This document shows, one piece after another, positions 45,020 to 54,674 of a DNA stretch of 64,000 bases. The notes beneath the pieces are model-generated. The model saw only the letters and a list, made by a program, of their open reading frames with translations. It had not been told where the DNA came from and did not search any database. Positions within the stretch are counted from its first letter, which is position 1. Each line of letters opens with the position of its first letter. Origin of the DNA: an uncultured Spirochaetota bacterium (lineage in GTDB: Bacteria > Spirochaetota > Spirochaetia > SZUA-6 > Fen-1364). The stretch covers positions 320,001 to 384,000 of the forward strand of contig CAWJSK010000019.1 of NCBI GenBank assembly GCA_963845535.1, given 5' to 3'. Both the position numbers and the translations under genes were made by a program.

Positions 45020-45655
45020 GTGGGAAGGAATATTGGACCCCAGTGCAGGCTGTGCAGGGCCCAGGGATACAAGCTCTATTTGAAAGGTGACAGGTGCAAA
45101 GGCCCCAAGTGCCCCGTGACAAGGAAGAAGGGGGCGCCGGGAAAAGGGCCGCGCAGCCGCACGAAGAAGATATCCGACTACGGCGTGCAGCTGCATGAGA
45201 AGCAGAAGCTCAAGAGGCTGTACGGCATGCTGGAGGGGCAGTTCCGCCTGTTCTTCGGCAAGGCGGTGCGGAGGAAGGGGATCACGGGTGAGAACCTCAT
45301 CCAGATGCTGGAGAGGCGGCTGGACAACGTGGTCTACCGGATGCACCTTGCCCCGTCGCGTAAGTCCGCGCGGCAGCTCGTGCTCCACGGCCACATTGGC
45401 GTCAACGGCCGGCGGGTCTCCATCCCGTCATTCCTGGTCAAGGAGAACGACGAGATTTCCGTGCGCGAGCCCAGCACGAAGCTCACGGCAATCAAGGAGA
45501 GCCTGAAGGAATACTCCCGAGCAGGCATTGTGCCCTGGCTTGAGATCGACCCGGACAGGATGGTCGGGAAAATTCGTGCCATTCCGCGGCGCAGCGAGAT
45601 CACTGACCTGTCGGATGTCAAGGAGCAGCTGATCGTCGAGCTGTATTCGAAGTGA
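45020..45655 (+). CDS. rpsD: 30S ribosomal protein S4
   Basis: CRLCR, EKQKLK, LERRLDNVVYR, IVELYSK. Confidence 0.99.
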   Translation: MGRNIGPQCRLCRAQGYKLYLKGDRCKGPKCPVTRKKGAPGKGPRSRTKKISDYGVQLHEKQKLKRLYGMLEGQFRLFFGKAVRRKGITGENLIQMLERRLDNVVYRMHLAPSRKSARQLVLHGHIGVNGRRVSIPSFLVKENDEISVREPSTKLTAIKESLKEYSRAGIVPWLEIDPDRMVGKIRAIPRRSEITDLSDVKEQLIVELYSK

Positions 45656-45665
45656 GGTTTTTTCA

Positions 45666-46772
45666 ATGGTGAGAAAGAACCTTCTCAAAGGCTTCAAGAA
45701 ACCCAAGGGCATCACCTTCGAGCACAGCGAGGTGGAGGCCAACTACGGTCGTTTCGTGGCTTATCCGTTCGAGCGTGGCTATGGGGTAACCATAGGGAAC
45801 ACGCTTCGGCGGATCCTCCTGTCCTCCATTCAAGGATACGCGGTGTCTGCCGTGAAGATCACCACGTACAAGGAGGACGGGACTCCGCACACGATTGCCA
45901 GCGAATACGAGCCCATCCCGAGCGTGGTGGAGGACACCCCGGACTTCATCAACAACCTGAAGCACGTGCAGGTGAGGCTGAACGGAGACCTGGAGGAGAA
46001 GACCGTCATCGTCGAGGCGAAAGGCGGCCGCACCATCTTCGCGAAGGACCTCGCCGCGGACAACGACGTCGAGGTGGTCAACGGCAACTTTCCCATTGCC
46101 ACGCTGATGGACAAGGCGAACCTCGAGTTCGAGGTTCAGATCAACCTGGGACGCGGGTACGTGCCCGCCGAAAGAAACGAAAAGTACATCGAAGTGATCG
46201 GCACCGTCCCTATCGACGCAATCTTCTCACCCATCCAGAAGGTGAAGTACAGCGTGGAAAACACGCGGGTGGGTCAGCGGACGGACTACGACAAGTTGAT
46301 TCTGGAGATCTGGACCAACGGCACAATCACTCCGGATGACGCCCTCGCGGAGGCGGCGAAGATCGCCAAGGACCATTTCACGATCTTCATCAACTTCGAC
46401 GAGTCGGAAGCCGGCGGGGACGACGAGGTGGACGAGGACGAAGAGCGTATCCGCGCCCTTCTTGATACGCCCGTGGAGGAGTTGGAGCTGTCCGTGCGGT
46501 CCAGCAACTGCCTCAGGAACGCCAACATCCGCACCATCGGGGACCTGACGAAGAAAACCGAGGAAGAGATCACCAAGACGCGGAACTTCGGCAAGAAGAG
46601 CCTGCAGGAGATCCGTGACAAGCTCCAGGCGCGCGGCCTGGACCTCGGCATGAAGGATTACACGGCTTTGAAGAAGCAGCTCAAGAAGCAGCTCGCCGGA
46701 GAGGCGCAGGCAGCGACTGCCCCGGCCGGGGACGCGGTGGCACTGGGAGAAGAGAATGAATCATCGGAGTAG
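45666..46772 (+). CDS. rpoA: RNA polymerase alpha subunit
   Basis: [44 protein letters not shown]. Confidence 0.99.
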   Translation: MVRKNLLKGFKKPKGITFEHSEVEANYGRFVAYPFERGYGVTIGNTLRRILLSSIQGYAVSAVKITTYKEDGTPHTIASEYEPIPSVVEDTPDFINNLKHVQVRLNGDLEEKTVIVEAKGGRTIFAKDLAADNDVEVVNGNFPIATLMDKANLEFEVQINLGRGYVPAERNEKYIEVIGTVPIDAIFSPIQKVKYSVENTRVGQRTDYDKLILEIWTNGTITPDDALAEAAKIAKDHFTIFINFDESEAGGDDEVDEDEERIRALLDTPVEELELSVRSSNCLRNANIRTIGDLTKKTEEEITKTRNFGKKSLQEIRDKLQARGLDLGMKDYTALKKQLKKQLAGEAQAATAPAGDAVALGEENESSE

Positions 46773-47169
46773 CTACAACAGGCTCGGCCGGACCTCGGCC
46801 CATCGAAAAGCGCTTTTGAAATCGCAGGCCACTGCGCTTTTCAAATATGAGAGAATCCGCACGACCGTCCAGAAGGCGCGGGAAGCGCGTCGCCTGGCAG
46901 AGAAGCTGATCACGCGGGCAAAAGTGGATTCCGTTCACAACAGACGAATTGCCTCCCGGGCCATTAATGACGGCCGGCTTCTGAACAAGCTGTTCACCGA
47001 CATCGCTCCCCGCTACGCGCAGAGGCCGGGCGGCTATACCCGGATCCTGAAGATGGGACGTCGCTTCGGCGACGCCTCCGAAATGGTGATCCTGGAGCTT
47101 GTTGACCGCAAGGAAAGGGAGCGCAAGCGCAAGAAGAAAGAGGGGCAGGAGGCTGCAAAGGAGGGCTGA
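46756..47169 (+). CDS. rplQ: 50S ribosomal protein L17
   Basis: [19 protein letters not shown]. Confidence 0.99.
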   Translation: MNHRSSYNRLGRTSAHRKALLKSQATALFKYERIRTTVQKAREARRLAEKLITRAKVDSVHNRRIASRAINDGRLLNKLFTDIAPRYAQRPGGYTRILKMGRRFGDASEMVILELVDRKERERKRKKKEGQEAAKEG

Positions 47170-47328
47170 AAAAGCCCTCCCGGATAGGCGGGCAGAGGGA
47201 GACTGGAGGCCGGCCGTTCGACCGGCATGGCGCAGGGCGCTTACCGCGAAGCGCGATATCCGGTGCCGCGGGGACTACCGCGGTCCCCCCCTTTTGTCGA
47301 TAGTCAAAGAGAAGGTATACTGTCCTCG

Positions 47329-50300
47329 ATGCGGCAAAGTCTCAAAGTCGCCATAAGCCTGCTTGTATCCATTGTGCTCTTCGCTGGATTCACCGTCCTT
47401 GCGTTTTCCGGACTTTTCGACGTTCTCCAGACCAGCTTCTTCCTCCCTCGAGTTGAACAGGGATACGAGCAACAGCTCGCCGTGCTCGGGGACAGGATCG
47501 AGAAATACCATGCCGCCAACCTCGAGCGGTTCTCTGCTCTTGCCCGGAAAGACTTCGTGTCCGCCTCTTTCGCTACAAACCTCCCGGCGGCGGTCATGCA
47601 GCAATGGGCCGAAGCTATTACTGCGCTCAAGGTCTCCGCGGTGCGGGTCCTTGCCCCTGACGGACAGAGGGTCGTCTTCAGCTCCATTGCTTCCGACGTC
47701 AAAGACCAGAGACCCGACCGGTTCGCCTACAGAAACTACAGCGAAGTGGAGCAGACCATCCCCGCCAGCTCCATTCTGCTGGGCGCGGGGGATCAGCCGC
47801 GGCTTTTTATCGACGGCGTCAAGGCTCGGTTTTTGTACCTCGTTCCGGTCTACGAGGGGAGCGGAACCTCTGCCTCGCTTTTCAGAGGGACTGCCGTTTT
47901 TTACATGGACCCCCTCGACCTGTTGAGGGATCTGCAGCTCATGCCGCAGGTGCCCGTGACGAGCGTCCTCCTCATCCAGAATGACGGTGTTCTTATCAAC
48001 TTCAACACGGCTGACCCGCAACCCGTTGCCGCCGCCCTGGAGGCGGCCTGGCGCTCTCACGCAAGCACTCCTTCCGCCTTCACGGCGCCGCTTTCGCTGA
48101 CGCAGGAAGGGGGCAAGACGGCGGACTTCCTGTCGTTCTCCCGGCGGCTTGCGCAGGGTGGGATCGCCAGTCTCATGGTCGACGCCTCGGTGTTCGAAAT
48201 GACGGACCTGATGAAGGGCCTCATGCTGGGGACGTTCTTCCTTACCGTTTTCCTTATTGTTTTCCTCCTCGTCAACCTGAGGTCGGATCCCCTGGACGTG
48301 CTGCGCCAGCGTGTCAAACGGTTCCAGATCCAGCTCATCAAGGAGCTGGTCGAAGGGCCGGGAGGAACGGACTGGAGCAGATGGCGCCGTGAGCTGGAGG
48401 CGCGCCAGGGGGAGATCACCTGGCAGATCCAGCGCGGAATTGGGAGGGTCTCGAAAAAGCAGAAGCCGGTGATCCAGGAGTACATGGCGAAGAGCTGGAC
48501 CGAGATCCTGGACCTGCTTTCCCGGCGCGCGGAAGCGCCGCAGGTCTCCGCGGTCGGCGCGCTGGATATATCCCGCCTCGAAAACCTGATCAGGAGCGCC
48601 CTCCAGAACACCGCGTTCATGCGCAGCCTGCCCGCGCAGGGAATCCGCGCCGCGACGGCAGGGGAGGCGGAAGCAGTTCAAGCGCCGGTGGCTTTTGACG
48701 AGCCCGCCGAGGCGGTGGAAGAAGCCGAGGCGGTGGAAGAAGCTGAGGCAGTCGAGGAAGCCGAGGCGGTGGAAGAAGCTGAGGCGGTCGAGGAAGCCGA
48801 GGCGGTGGAAGAAGCTGAGGCGGTGGAAGAAGCTGAGGCGGTGGAAGAAGCTGAGGCGGTGGAAGAAGCTGAGGCGGTCGAGGAAGCCGAGGCGGTCGAG
48901 GAAGCCGAGGCGGTCGAGGAAGCCGAGGCGGTCGAGGAAGCTGAGGCGGTGGAGGAAGCTGAGGCGGTGGAGGAAGCTGAGGCGGTGGAGGAAGCTGAGG
49001 CGGTCGAGGAAGCTGAGGCGGTCGAGGAAGCTGAGGCCGTGGAAGCCCCCGCGCTTTCAGAAGAGACCGCCGTCCAGGATTTCGAAGAGCTTTCCGTTGC
49101 AGAAGACGCTTCGCTGCTTTCAGAAGACGCTCATCAAGACGGCGCGCTCGTTGAGGCCTTAGGCCGTGGGCCCGCACGCGTCGGCGAAATCAACGTCCCC
49201 GTCGATCAGACGTCTGCGCTGGCGGCTCTGAAGCAGGAACCGCTCACCATCGATTCACCGACCGAAGTCCTCGAAGAGCTCGAGGTTCTGCCGGATCTGC
49301 GTCCGCTCCCTCCAGAGCCCTACGAGGAGGGGCTCGAGCTCCTTCCCGCGGCGGATGATGAAACGCCCGTGCCTTCGTCCCCGGAAAATGGGTTCGCTGG
49401 GAAAGAGGAAGTAGGCTTGGAATCAAACTCTGATGACCACACCTATTTGAAGGGGCTGGAACAGATGTCTGATGTCGAGGAGCTTTCCGACGTGGATGAG
49501 TTCACGCTCGTTGAAACCAGCGTGGATGAGTTTTCCGGAGGCCAAAGCGGCGCGGACGGGGAAGCGCCGGAGTTTGGGGAGCTTGAAACCATCGATGAGC
49601 CACTCGGCGCTGAAGAAAAAGGGGAGGGATTTCTCTCCCGGGAGGACCGACAATCGGAATTGTCGAGACTGATCGCCAGCGGAGCAATCAAAAGCTGGAC
49701 GATTGAGGAAATGCAGCGTCTCGTGGAAGAAGGCAGATCAGCGATCGTCATGGAGGACGGGGTTTTCAGGATCAAGGAGGAAGTCTACGGAGCAGGCGGC
49801 CACGGCGGGCAGCACGCCTCCTCCGAGCATGAGTCCGCCCGCAGTGGAGGGCTTCGGGATATCGCCCAGGAGGTCGTTTCACACGCCTCGCAGTCCCAGG
49901 ACTCAAGCGGCACGTTCTCCGGAATCGGTGACCTCTTCGACGACGCGGAGGTGTTCGAGGCTCCCCCGGAGGCATCATCAAACAGCCGCTCCTCTCACGA
50001 GGAAACGAATGCGGGGGAAAAGGAGAGAGCGCGCTCCGTGAAGTTCGCGAACGGGATCGATTACGATGATTTCCTTTCTTTCTATCCTCGTTCGGTCGTC
50101 CATACCCAGCAGATGCGGTCCCTGGTGGAGGTTTCCCGCCGTGTTTCGGCCGTCAGCGCCTGCCTGCTTGCCGGGGGTCCTGACGGTTACTCCCTCGAAT
50201 TGGCGGTCGGCCTCAATGAAAAGAGCCGGCAGAAACTGCACCTCGAAGCCGGGGATCCGCTGAATGAGCTTTTTCTCAAGGAGAGGAAGGCGGTCGCAAT

Positions 50301-50487
50301 CGAAAAGAACCCGTCAGATCTCGAAACCTGGCGGGCATTCATCGACCAGGAGGACCTGAGATACATGAAGAGGGTCCTTCTCGTTCCCGCGGTATTCCAT
50401 TCTCACGAGGCCTACCTCCTTCTTGCTTTCGCGTCCGACCGGGAAATTGTCTTGAAAGATATTTTCTCAGAGCTCCTGGTTTGTTGA
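47329..50487 (+). CDS. Large membrane protein: TM - extracytoplasmic domain - TM - acidic repeat region - C-terminal globular (possibly GAF-like) domain
   Basis: About 1052 aa with two hydrophobic segments (VAISLLVSIVLFAGF; GLMLGTFFLTVFLIVFLLV) and an AEAVEE array. Start chosen 7 nt after TATACT. Confidence 0.75.
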   Translation: MRQSLKVAISLLVSIVLFAGFTVLAFSGLFDVLQTSFFLPRVEQGYEQQLAVLGDRIEKYHAANLERFSALARKDFVSASFATNLPAAVMQQWAEAITALKVSAVRVLAPDGQRVVFSSIASDVKDQRPDRFAYRNYSEVEQTIPASSILLGAGDQPRLFIDGVKARFLYLVPVYEGSGTSASLFRGTAVFYMDPLDLLRDLQLMPQVPVTSVLLIQNDGVLINFNTADPQPVAAALEAAWRSHASTPSAFTAPLSLTQEGGKTADFLSFSRRLAQGGIASLMVDASVFEMTDLMKGLMLGTFFLTVFLIVFLLVNLRSDPLDVLRQRVKRFQIQLIKELVEGPGGTDWSRWRRELEARQGEITWQIQRGIGRVSKKQKPVIQEYMAKSWTEILDLLSRRAEAPQVSAVGALDISRLENLIRSALQNTAFMRSLPAQGIRAATAGEAEAVQAPVAFDEPAEAVEEAEAVEEAEAVEEAEAVEEAEAVEEAEAVEEAEAVEEAEAVEEAEAVEEAEAVEEAEAVEEAEAVEEAEAVEEAEAVEEAEAVEEAEAVEEAEAVEEAEAVEEAEAVEAPALSEETAVQDFEELSVAEDASLLSEDAHQDGALVEALGRGPARVGEINVPVDQTSALAALKQEPLTIDSPTEVLEELEVLPDLRPLPPEPYEEGLELLPAADDETPVPSSPENGFAGKEEVGLESNSDDHTYLKGLEQMSDVEELSDVDEFTLVETSVDEFSGGQSGADGEAPEFGELETIDEPLGAEEKGEGFLSREDRQSELSRLIASGAIKSWTIEEMQRLVEEGRSAIVMEDGVFRIKEEVYGAGGHGGQHASSEHESARSGGLRDIAQEVVSHASQSQDSSGTFSGIGDLFDDAEVFEAPPEASSNSRSSHEETNAGEKERARSVKFANGIDYDDFLSFYPRSVVHTQQMRSLVEVSRRVSAVSACLLAGGPDGYSLELAVGLNEKSRQKLHLEAGDPLNELFLKERKAVAIEKNPSDLETWRAFIDQEDLRYMKRVLLVPAVFHSHEAYLLLAFASDREIVLKDIFSELLVC
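48706..49044 (+). repeat. In-frame 18-nt tandem repeat, about 19 copies (AEAVEE)
   Basis: Unit GCY GAG GCR GTS GAR GAA with synonymous variation only. Confidence 0.97.
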
Positions 50488-50580
50488 AGTCGTGATCGTC
50501 GACTTTTTTCTTTGCGGTGTGTCACAACGACACAAAGGTAGTATCAATCCGGTCACAGGCGCTCGGTCCCGGCGTTACCC

Positions 50581-50614
50581 TTGACAAAGCAACCAAACTC
50601 ACGTAAGCTATAAT
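50581..50614 (+). promoter_or_regulatory. Putative sigma70 promoter of rny
   Basis: TTGACA-N17-TAAGCT with overlapping TATAAT. Confidence 0.65.
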
Positions 50615-50641
50615 TCACTTAGTGCACGCGTGGAGGAAGAT

Positions 50642-52171
50642 ATGGGCACACTGGCGTACTTCATACTTCCTCTCGCCGGTTTATTTCTAGGTTGGCTAAT
50701 TCGATGGCTTTACGCGCGTTTTCAGCTTTCATCGGCAGAGCAAAGGGCAACAAGGATTGTCACGGAGGCCTTAAGAGAGGCGGAAGCAAAGAAGAAAGAG
50801 GCGATACTTGAAAGTAAAGACCAGCTCCTGCGGGAACGCAACCAGCTGGAGAAAGAGACGCGGGAGCGCAGGATCGAGCTCCAGCGGGTGGAGAGACGCC
50901 TCCTTCAGAAGGAAGAAAACCTAGAAAAGAGATTCGAGTCCCTCGAAAAGCAAGAGAGGACCGTCGGCAACCGGGAGAGGGGAGCCGCTGAAAAGGAAGC
51001 GGCGCTGCAGCAGGAAGGCGAACGGATAGCCGCAGAGCTGGAACGGATATCCGGCCTCACGAAAGCGGAAGCTAAGAAGCTTCTCGTGCAGAGCCTTGAG
51101 AACGAAGCCCGGCATGATGCTCAGGTGACGATCAACGTCATCGAGCAAGAGGCAAAGCTGGTGGCGGACCGCAAGGCGCGTGACATCCTCGTCACGACCA
51201 TCCAGCGGCTTGCCACGGATGTGGCCTCGGAAGTCACTGTCACAACCGTCACCCTTCCCAATGATGAAATGAAGGGCCGCATCATCGGCCGGGAGGGGCG
51301 AAATATCCGCACCCTCGAGACGCTCACCGGCGTGGACATCATCATTGACGACACTCCGGAAGCGGTTGTCATTTCCTGTTTTGATCCCATTCGGAGAGAG
51401 ATCGCAAAAACCGCGCTCAGCAGACTGATCTCCGACGGCCGGATTCATCCGGCGCGCATCGAGGAGATTGTCCAGAAGGTCAGCAAGGAAATTGCCCAGA
51501 CCATCTACGAGGAAGGGGAGCGCGTCCTCTTCGAGGTCGGCATCCACACCATGAGCCCCGAGGCCATCCGGACGCTCGGGCGCCTTCATTACCGGACGAG
51601 CTACGGACAGAACGTCCTTGCCCACTCGAAAGAGGTGGCGCTGCTTGCCGGGATGCTTGCCGCCGAAGTGGGCGGAAACGTGGAGCTGGCAAAGCGCGCG
51701 GCTCTCCTGCATGACATCGGCAAGGGAGTGGAGTCTGACGGGGACGGCAACCACATCGAGGTGGGCATGGACCTTGCCCGCAAGCTCGGGGAGGACGCCC
51801 GCGTCATCAACGCCATCGGCGCCCACCACGGGGACGTGGAGCCGGAGACGGTGGAAGCGGTCATCGTCCAGATCGCGGACGCAATCTCCGCCGCCCGGCC
51901 CGGCGCGCGGAAAGAAACGCTGGACAATTACCTCAAGCGCCTGGAGAACCTGGAGTCGATCGCTGAGGACTTCGAGGGTGTGGACAAGGCATATGCAATC
52001 CAGGCCGGCCGGGAGCTGCGCATCCTCGTGAACAACGAGAAGGTCAGTGATGACGCCGCCAAGGAGCTTGCCAAGGGAATTGCCAAGCGAATCGAGACCG
52101 AGCTCAAGTACCCCGGCAGGATCAAAGTCACGATCATTCGGGAGATGCGCGTCGTCGAGTACGCGCGCTAG
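50642..52171 (+). CDS. rny: Ribonuclease Y
   Basis: N-terminal TM, coiled coil, KH ([11 protein letters not shown]), HD domain ([15 protein letters not shown]), AIQAGRE. Confidence 0.98.
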   Translation: MGTLAYFILPLAGLFLGWLIRWLYARFQLSSAEQRATRIVTEALREAEAKKKEAILESKDQLLRERNQLEKETRERRIELQRVERRLLQKEENLEKRFESLEKQERTVGNRERGAAEKEAALQQEGERIAAELERISGLTKAEAKKLLVQSLENEARHDAQVTINVIEQEAKLVADRKARDILVTTIQRLATDVASEVTVTTVTLPNDEMKGRIIGREGRNIRTLETLTGVDIIIDDTPEAVVISCFDPIRREIAKTALSRLISDGRIHPARIEEIVQKVSKEIAQTIYEEGERVLFEVGIHTMSPEAIRTLGRLHYRTSYGQNVLAHSKEVALLAGMLAAEVGGNVELAKRAALLHDIGKGVESDGDGNHIEVGMDLARKLGEDARVINAIGAHHGDVEPETVEAVIVQIADAISAARPGARKETLDNYLKRLENLESIAEDFEGVDKAYAIQAGRELRILVNNEKVSDDAAKELAKGIAKRIETELKYPGRIKVTIIREMRVVEYAR

Positions 52172-52185
52172 ACAGGCCGGGAGCA

Positions 52186-52995
52186 TTGGGTGCAAACCTG
52201 AGGGCCCTTGTGGTGGGTGACGTCGTAGGTCAACCCGGCTGCAGGGCCCTTTTTGTCGGTCTTCCCGAGCTTGTGCACAAGCTCGGCGCTGACCTCGTGA
52301 TCGCAAACGGTGAGAACGCCGCGGACGGCTTTGGGCTCACACCGGATATCGCGGAGCGCATGTTCAAGTCCGGCGTCCACGTGATCACATCCGGGAATCA
52401 CATCTGGCAGAAGCGGGAGATATTCCCCGTCCTGATGACAAACGACCTGCTCCTTCGTCCGGAGAACTACCCCGTCCTTTCGGGCGCTGATGCAATCCCC
52501 GGCAAGGGACACTGTGTGGTCACCGTCAAAGATATCCCGGTGTTGGTGGTCAACCTCGAGGGCAGGGTGAACCTTTCCCCGCTTCGTGATCCGCTCCAGG
52601 TGGGAAAATCCCTCTTGAAACAGTTCCGGGGCAGGACGCGGCTGTCCATCATCGACTTCCACGCGGAATCCGTGGAGGAGAAAGAGGCTCTCGGCCTGTA
52701 CCTGAACGGAGAAGCGTCCGCCATCGTGGGGACCCACACGCACGTGCAGACAGCGGATGAGCGGATTCTTTCCGGCGGCACGGCCTACATCACGGACATC
52801 GGAATGAGCGGCCCCATCGACAGCGTCATCGGGATGAAGAAAGAGACCGCCGTGACGCGCAGCCTCACGCAGATGCCCCTCAAGATGGAAGTGCAGAACT
52901 CCCCCGCAGAGATCATGGGCGTGCTGATCGAGCTGGACCCTTCGAGCGGAAAGGCGGTAAGCATCGAAAGGGTGCGCCAGCTCTCCCTCGTGTGA
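52186..52995 (+). CDS. ymdB: TIGR00282/YmdB metallophosphoesterase
   Basis: GDVVG, NGEN, SGNH, DFHAE, GTHTHVQTAD; follows rny. Confidence 0.93.
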   Translation: MGANLRALVVGDVVGQPGCRALFVGLPELVHKLGADLVIANGENAADGFGLTPDIAERMFKSGVHVITSGNHIWQKREIFPVLMTNDLLLRPENYPVLSGADAIPGKGHCVVTVKDIPVLVVNLEGRVNLSPLRDPLQVGKSLLKQFRGRTRLSIIDFHAESVEEKEALGLYLNGEASAIVGTHTHVQTADERILSGGTAYITDIGMSGPIDSVIGMKKETAVTRSLTQMPLKMEVQNSPAEIMGVLIELDPSSGKAVSIERVRQLSLV

Positions 52996-52996
52996 G

Positions 52997-53809
52997 ATGC
53001 CCTCCCCCAGAGTCCCGCTTATCGACCTTCTCAGGACCGCGTTTCCCTCCAGAGCTGAGAACGAGCTGCTTGCGCTGATCATGCGCGGGGACGTCCGCGT
53101 TGACGGAGAGACAGTGAGCAAGCCGGGCGCGCGTGTCGACAGCAGCGCCCGGGTGAGCCTCCGGGAGCAATCTCTCTACGTGTCACGCGGCGGGGAGAAG
53201 CTGGCCCACGCGCTGGAGGTCTGGAAGATCCACTGCGCGGGGACGATATGGGTGGACGCCGGTTGCTCGACGGGAGGGTTCACCGACTGTCTCCTGGCCC
53301 GCGGAGCTTCTTGCGTCCACGCGGTGGACGTGGGAACGAACCAGTTGGATTGGCGGCTTCGAAAAGACGCGCGGGTGCTGGTCAGGGAGGGGACGAACGT
53401 GATGGACCTTCGCGCCGGCGACCTGGACCCCGCGCCGCAACGGGCTGTTGCCGACCTCTCCTTCCGTTCGCTGCGCCGCGCAGCGTCGCACATTCTGGGC
53501 CTCACGAGCGAGGGATGGGGCATCTTCCTCTTCAAGCCGCAGTTCGAATGGACGCGTCCGTCCCGCGAGTTTCGAGGCGTGGTTCGGGACCCGCGCACGG
53601 TTGTGTCGATTGCCCGTGAGCTCGTTGACGCGTTTGCCTCTGAAGACCTGGGCGTCGAAAAGGCGGTCCTCTCGCCGATCCGAGGGAGGAAGGGGAACCG
53701 GGAGCTTCTTTTTCTGCTGCGCTCGGGGAAAAGGCTTGCACGCGATATTTCCCCCGAGGAGCTGGAGAAAGTCATCCTGGACGGCTGGGAAGCGCAGCCG
53801 GATGGCTAG
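52997..53809 (+). CDS. tlyA: TlyA family rRNA 2'-O-methyltransferase
   Basis: S4-like N-terminus, YVSRGGEKL, DAGCSTGGFTDCLL, KPQFE, SPIRGRKGN. Confidence 0.93.
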   Translation: MPSPRVPLIDLLRTAFPSRAENELLALIMRGDVRVDGETVSKPGARVDSSARVSLREQSLYVSRGGEKLAHALEVWKIHCAGTIWVDAGCSTGGFTDCLLARGASCVHAVDVGTNQLDWRLRKDARVLVREGTNVMDLRAGDLDPAPQRAVADLSFRSLRRAASHILGLTSEGWGIFLFKPQFEWTRPSREFRGVVRDPRTVVSIARELVDAFASEDLGVEKAVLSPIRGRKGNRELLFLLRSGKRLARDISPEELEKVILDGWEAQPDG

Positions 53810-54609
53810 AAAGAGCTGCGGGAAAGCGGGTCCTTGATGCTCACTCCTTCGGTCCCGAGGTAGTCGACCTTTTTCCCCTCAATGAGGAACTGCACTTTCT
53901 TGACGGTTGGAAACTCCGTCGCAGCATATACCACCTGGCGAAGCTGCGCCTTCATGCCGTCAATGCCCAGCGAATTGAAGCGGAAACTTTCGCTGAAATC
54001 CACATAAGCGACATCTCCCCGCACCGTCACCCCGCGAAGCGTCGTGCCCTCGGGGATCATGGTGAGAAGCCCGAGGTTGATTTCCTGCGACGTGGGACCT
54101 TTCAGGAGGATTTCCAGCGCGTCCCGGAGGGGAGAGTCACTCTGCGGGATGGGGCGGATGACCCCTTTCATCAGGATGTTGCCGTTCTGATCCACGGAGA
54201 GAAAGAAAAGACGCGTCTTGCGCAGGATGGGCCTTTCCTCCGTCGGCGCCGATGGTCGCGCCACGGTGACCACGCGGTCGGCGGAACCGGAGGCCGCCGG
54301 CGGTTTTCCCGCGCCCTGTGTCGTCTGCGAGCCCGCCGGGGGAGCCGCCTGGGTGCCTGGCAGCGCGTTCGTCTGGGTTGGAGGGACGGCCGTGTCGGGG
54401 AGCGGCCTTATTGTCACCTGGGGCGCCCGGGAGCCGGCAGCCGGCCTGCCGCCATTTGATACGAGGCGCGTGAAGGTGTCCGCGATCTGCGTGCGCGCGG
54501 CGTAGCCCACGGCAACGATGACGGCGAGCAGGCACAGCCAGAAAAGGCAGCCGATGCCTCGGCTCTTGAGCGTGGAGGAGCGGGTCCGTGAGTTCTTTTT
54601 TGCTGCCAT
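53806..54609 (-). CDS. Membrane-anchored GerMN domain protein
   Basis: N-terminal TM, Pro/Ala linker, LLKGPT...IPEGTTL...AYVDFS...QVVYAATEFPTVKKVQFLIEG. Confidence 0.85.
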   Translation of the reverse strand: MAAKKNSRTRSSTLKSRGIGCLFWLCLLAVIVAVGYAARTQIADTFTRLVSNGGRPAAGSRAPQVTIRPLPDTAVPPTQTNALPGTQAAPPAGSQTTQGAGKPPAASGSADRVVTVARPSAPTEERPILRKTRLFFLSVDQNGNILMKGVIRPIPQSDSPLRDALEILLKGPTSQEINLGLLTMIPEGTTLRGVTVRGDVAYVDFSESFRFNSLGIDGMKAQLRQVVYAATEFPTVKKVQFLIEGKKVDYLGTEGVSIKDPLSRSSF

Positions 54610-54637
54610 TTTCGCCTACTCTTTATGATCGGTTTGT

Positions 54638-54666
54638 TTGACAGGCCCATTGAATAACGCTATACT
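54638..54666 (+). promoter_or_regulatory. Putative sigma70 promoter of ptsI (likely leaderless transcript)
   Basis: TTGACA-N17-TATACT ending 8 nt before ATG; no SD sequence. Confidence 0.65.
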
Positions 54667-54674
54667 CACGCCGC

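Noticed and set aside
48706..49044. Repeat array considered as CRISPR
   Set aside because: Contiguous 18-nt in-frame units with no spacers and no cas genes
50488..50641. Possible 6S RNA upstream of rny
   Set aside because: Too short once the rny promoter is excluded; only a small GTGTC/GACAC hairpin and no long rod with central bubble
53806..53809. Convergent genes sharing stop-codon bases (tlyA/GerMN; also degT/DUF4432 at 7095-7098)
   Set aside because: 4-nt convergent overlaps are common and carry no further signal
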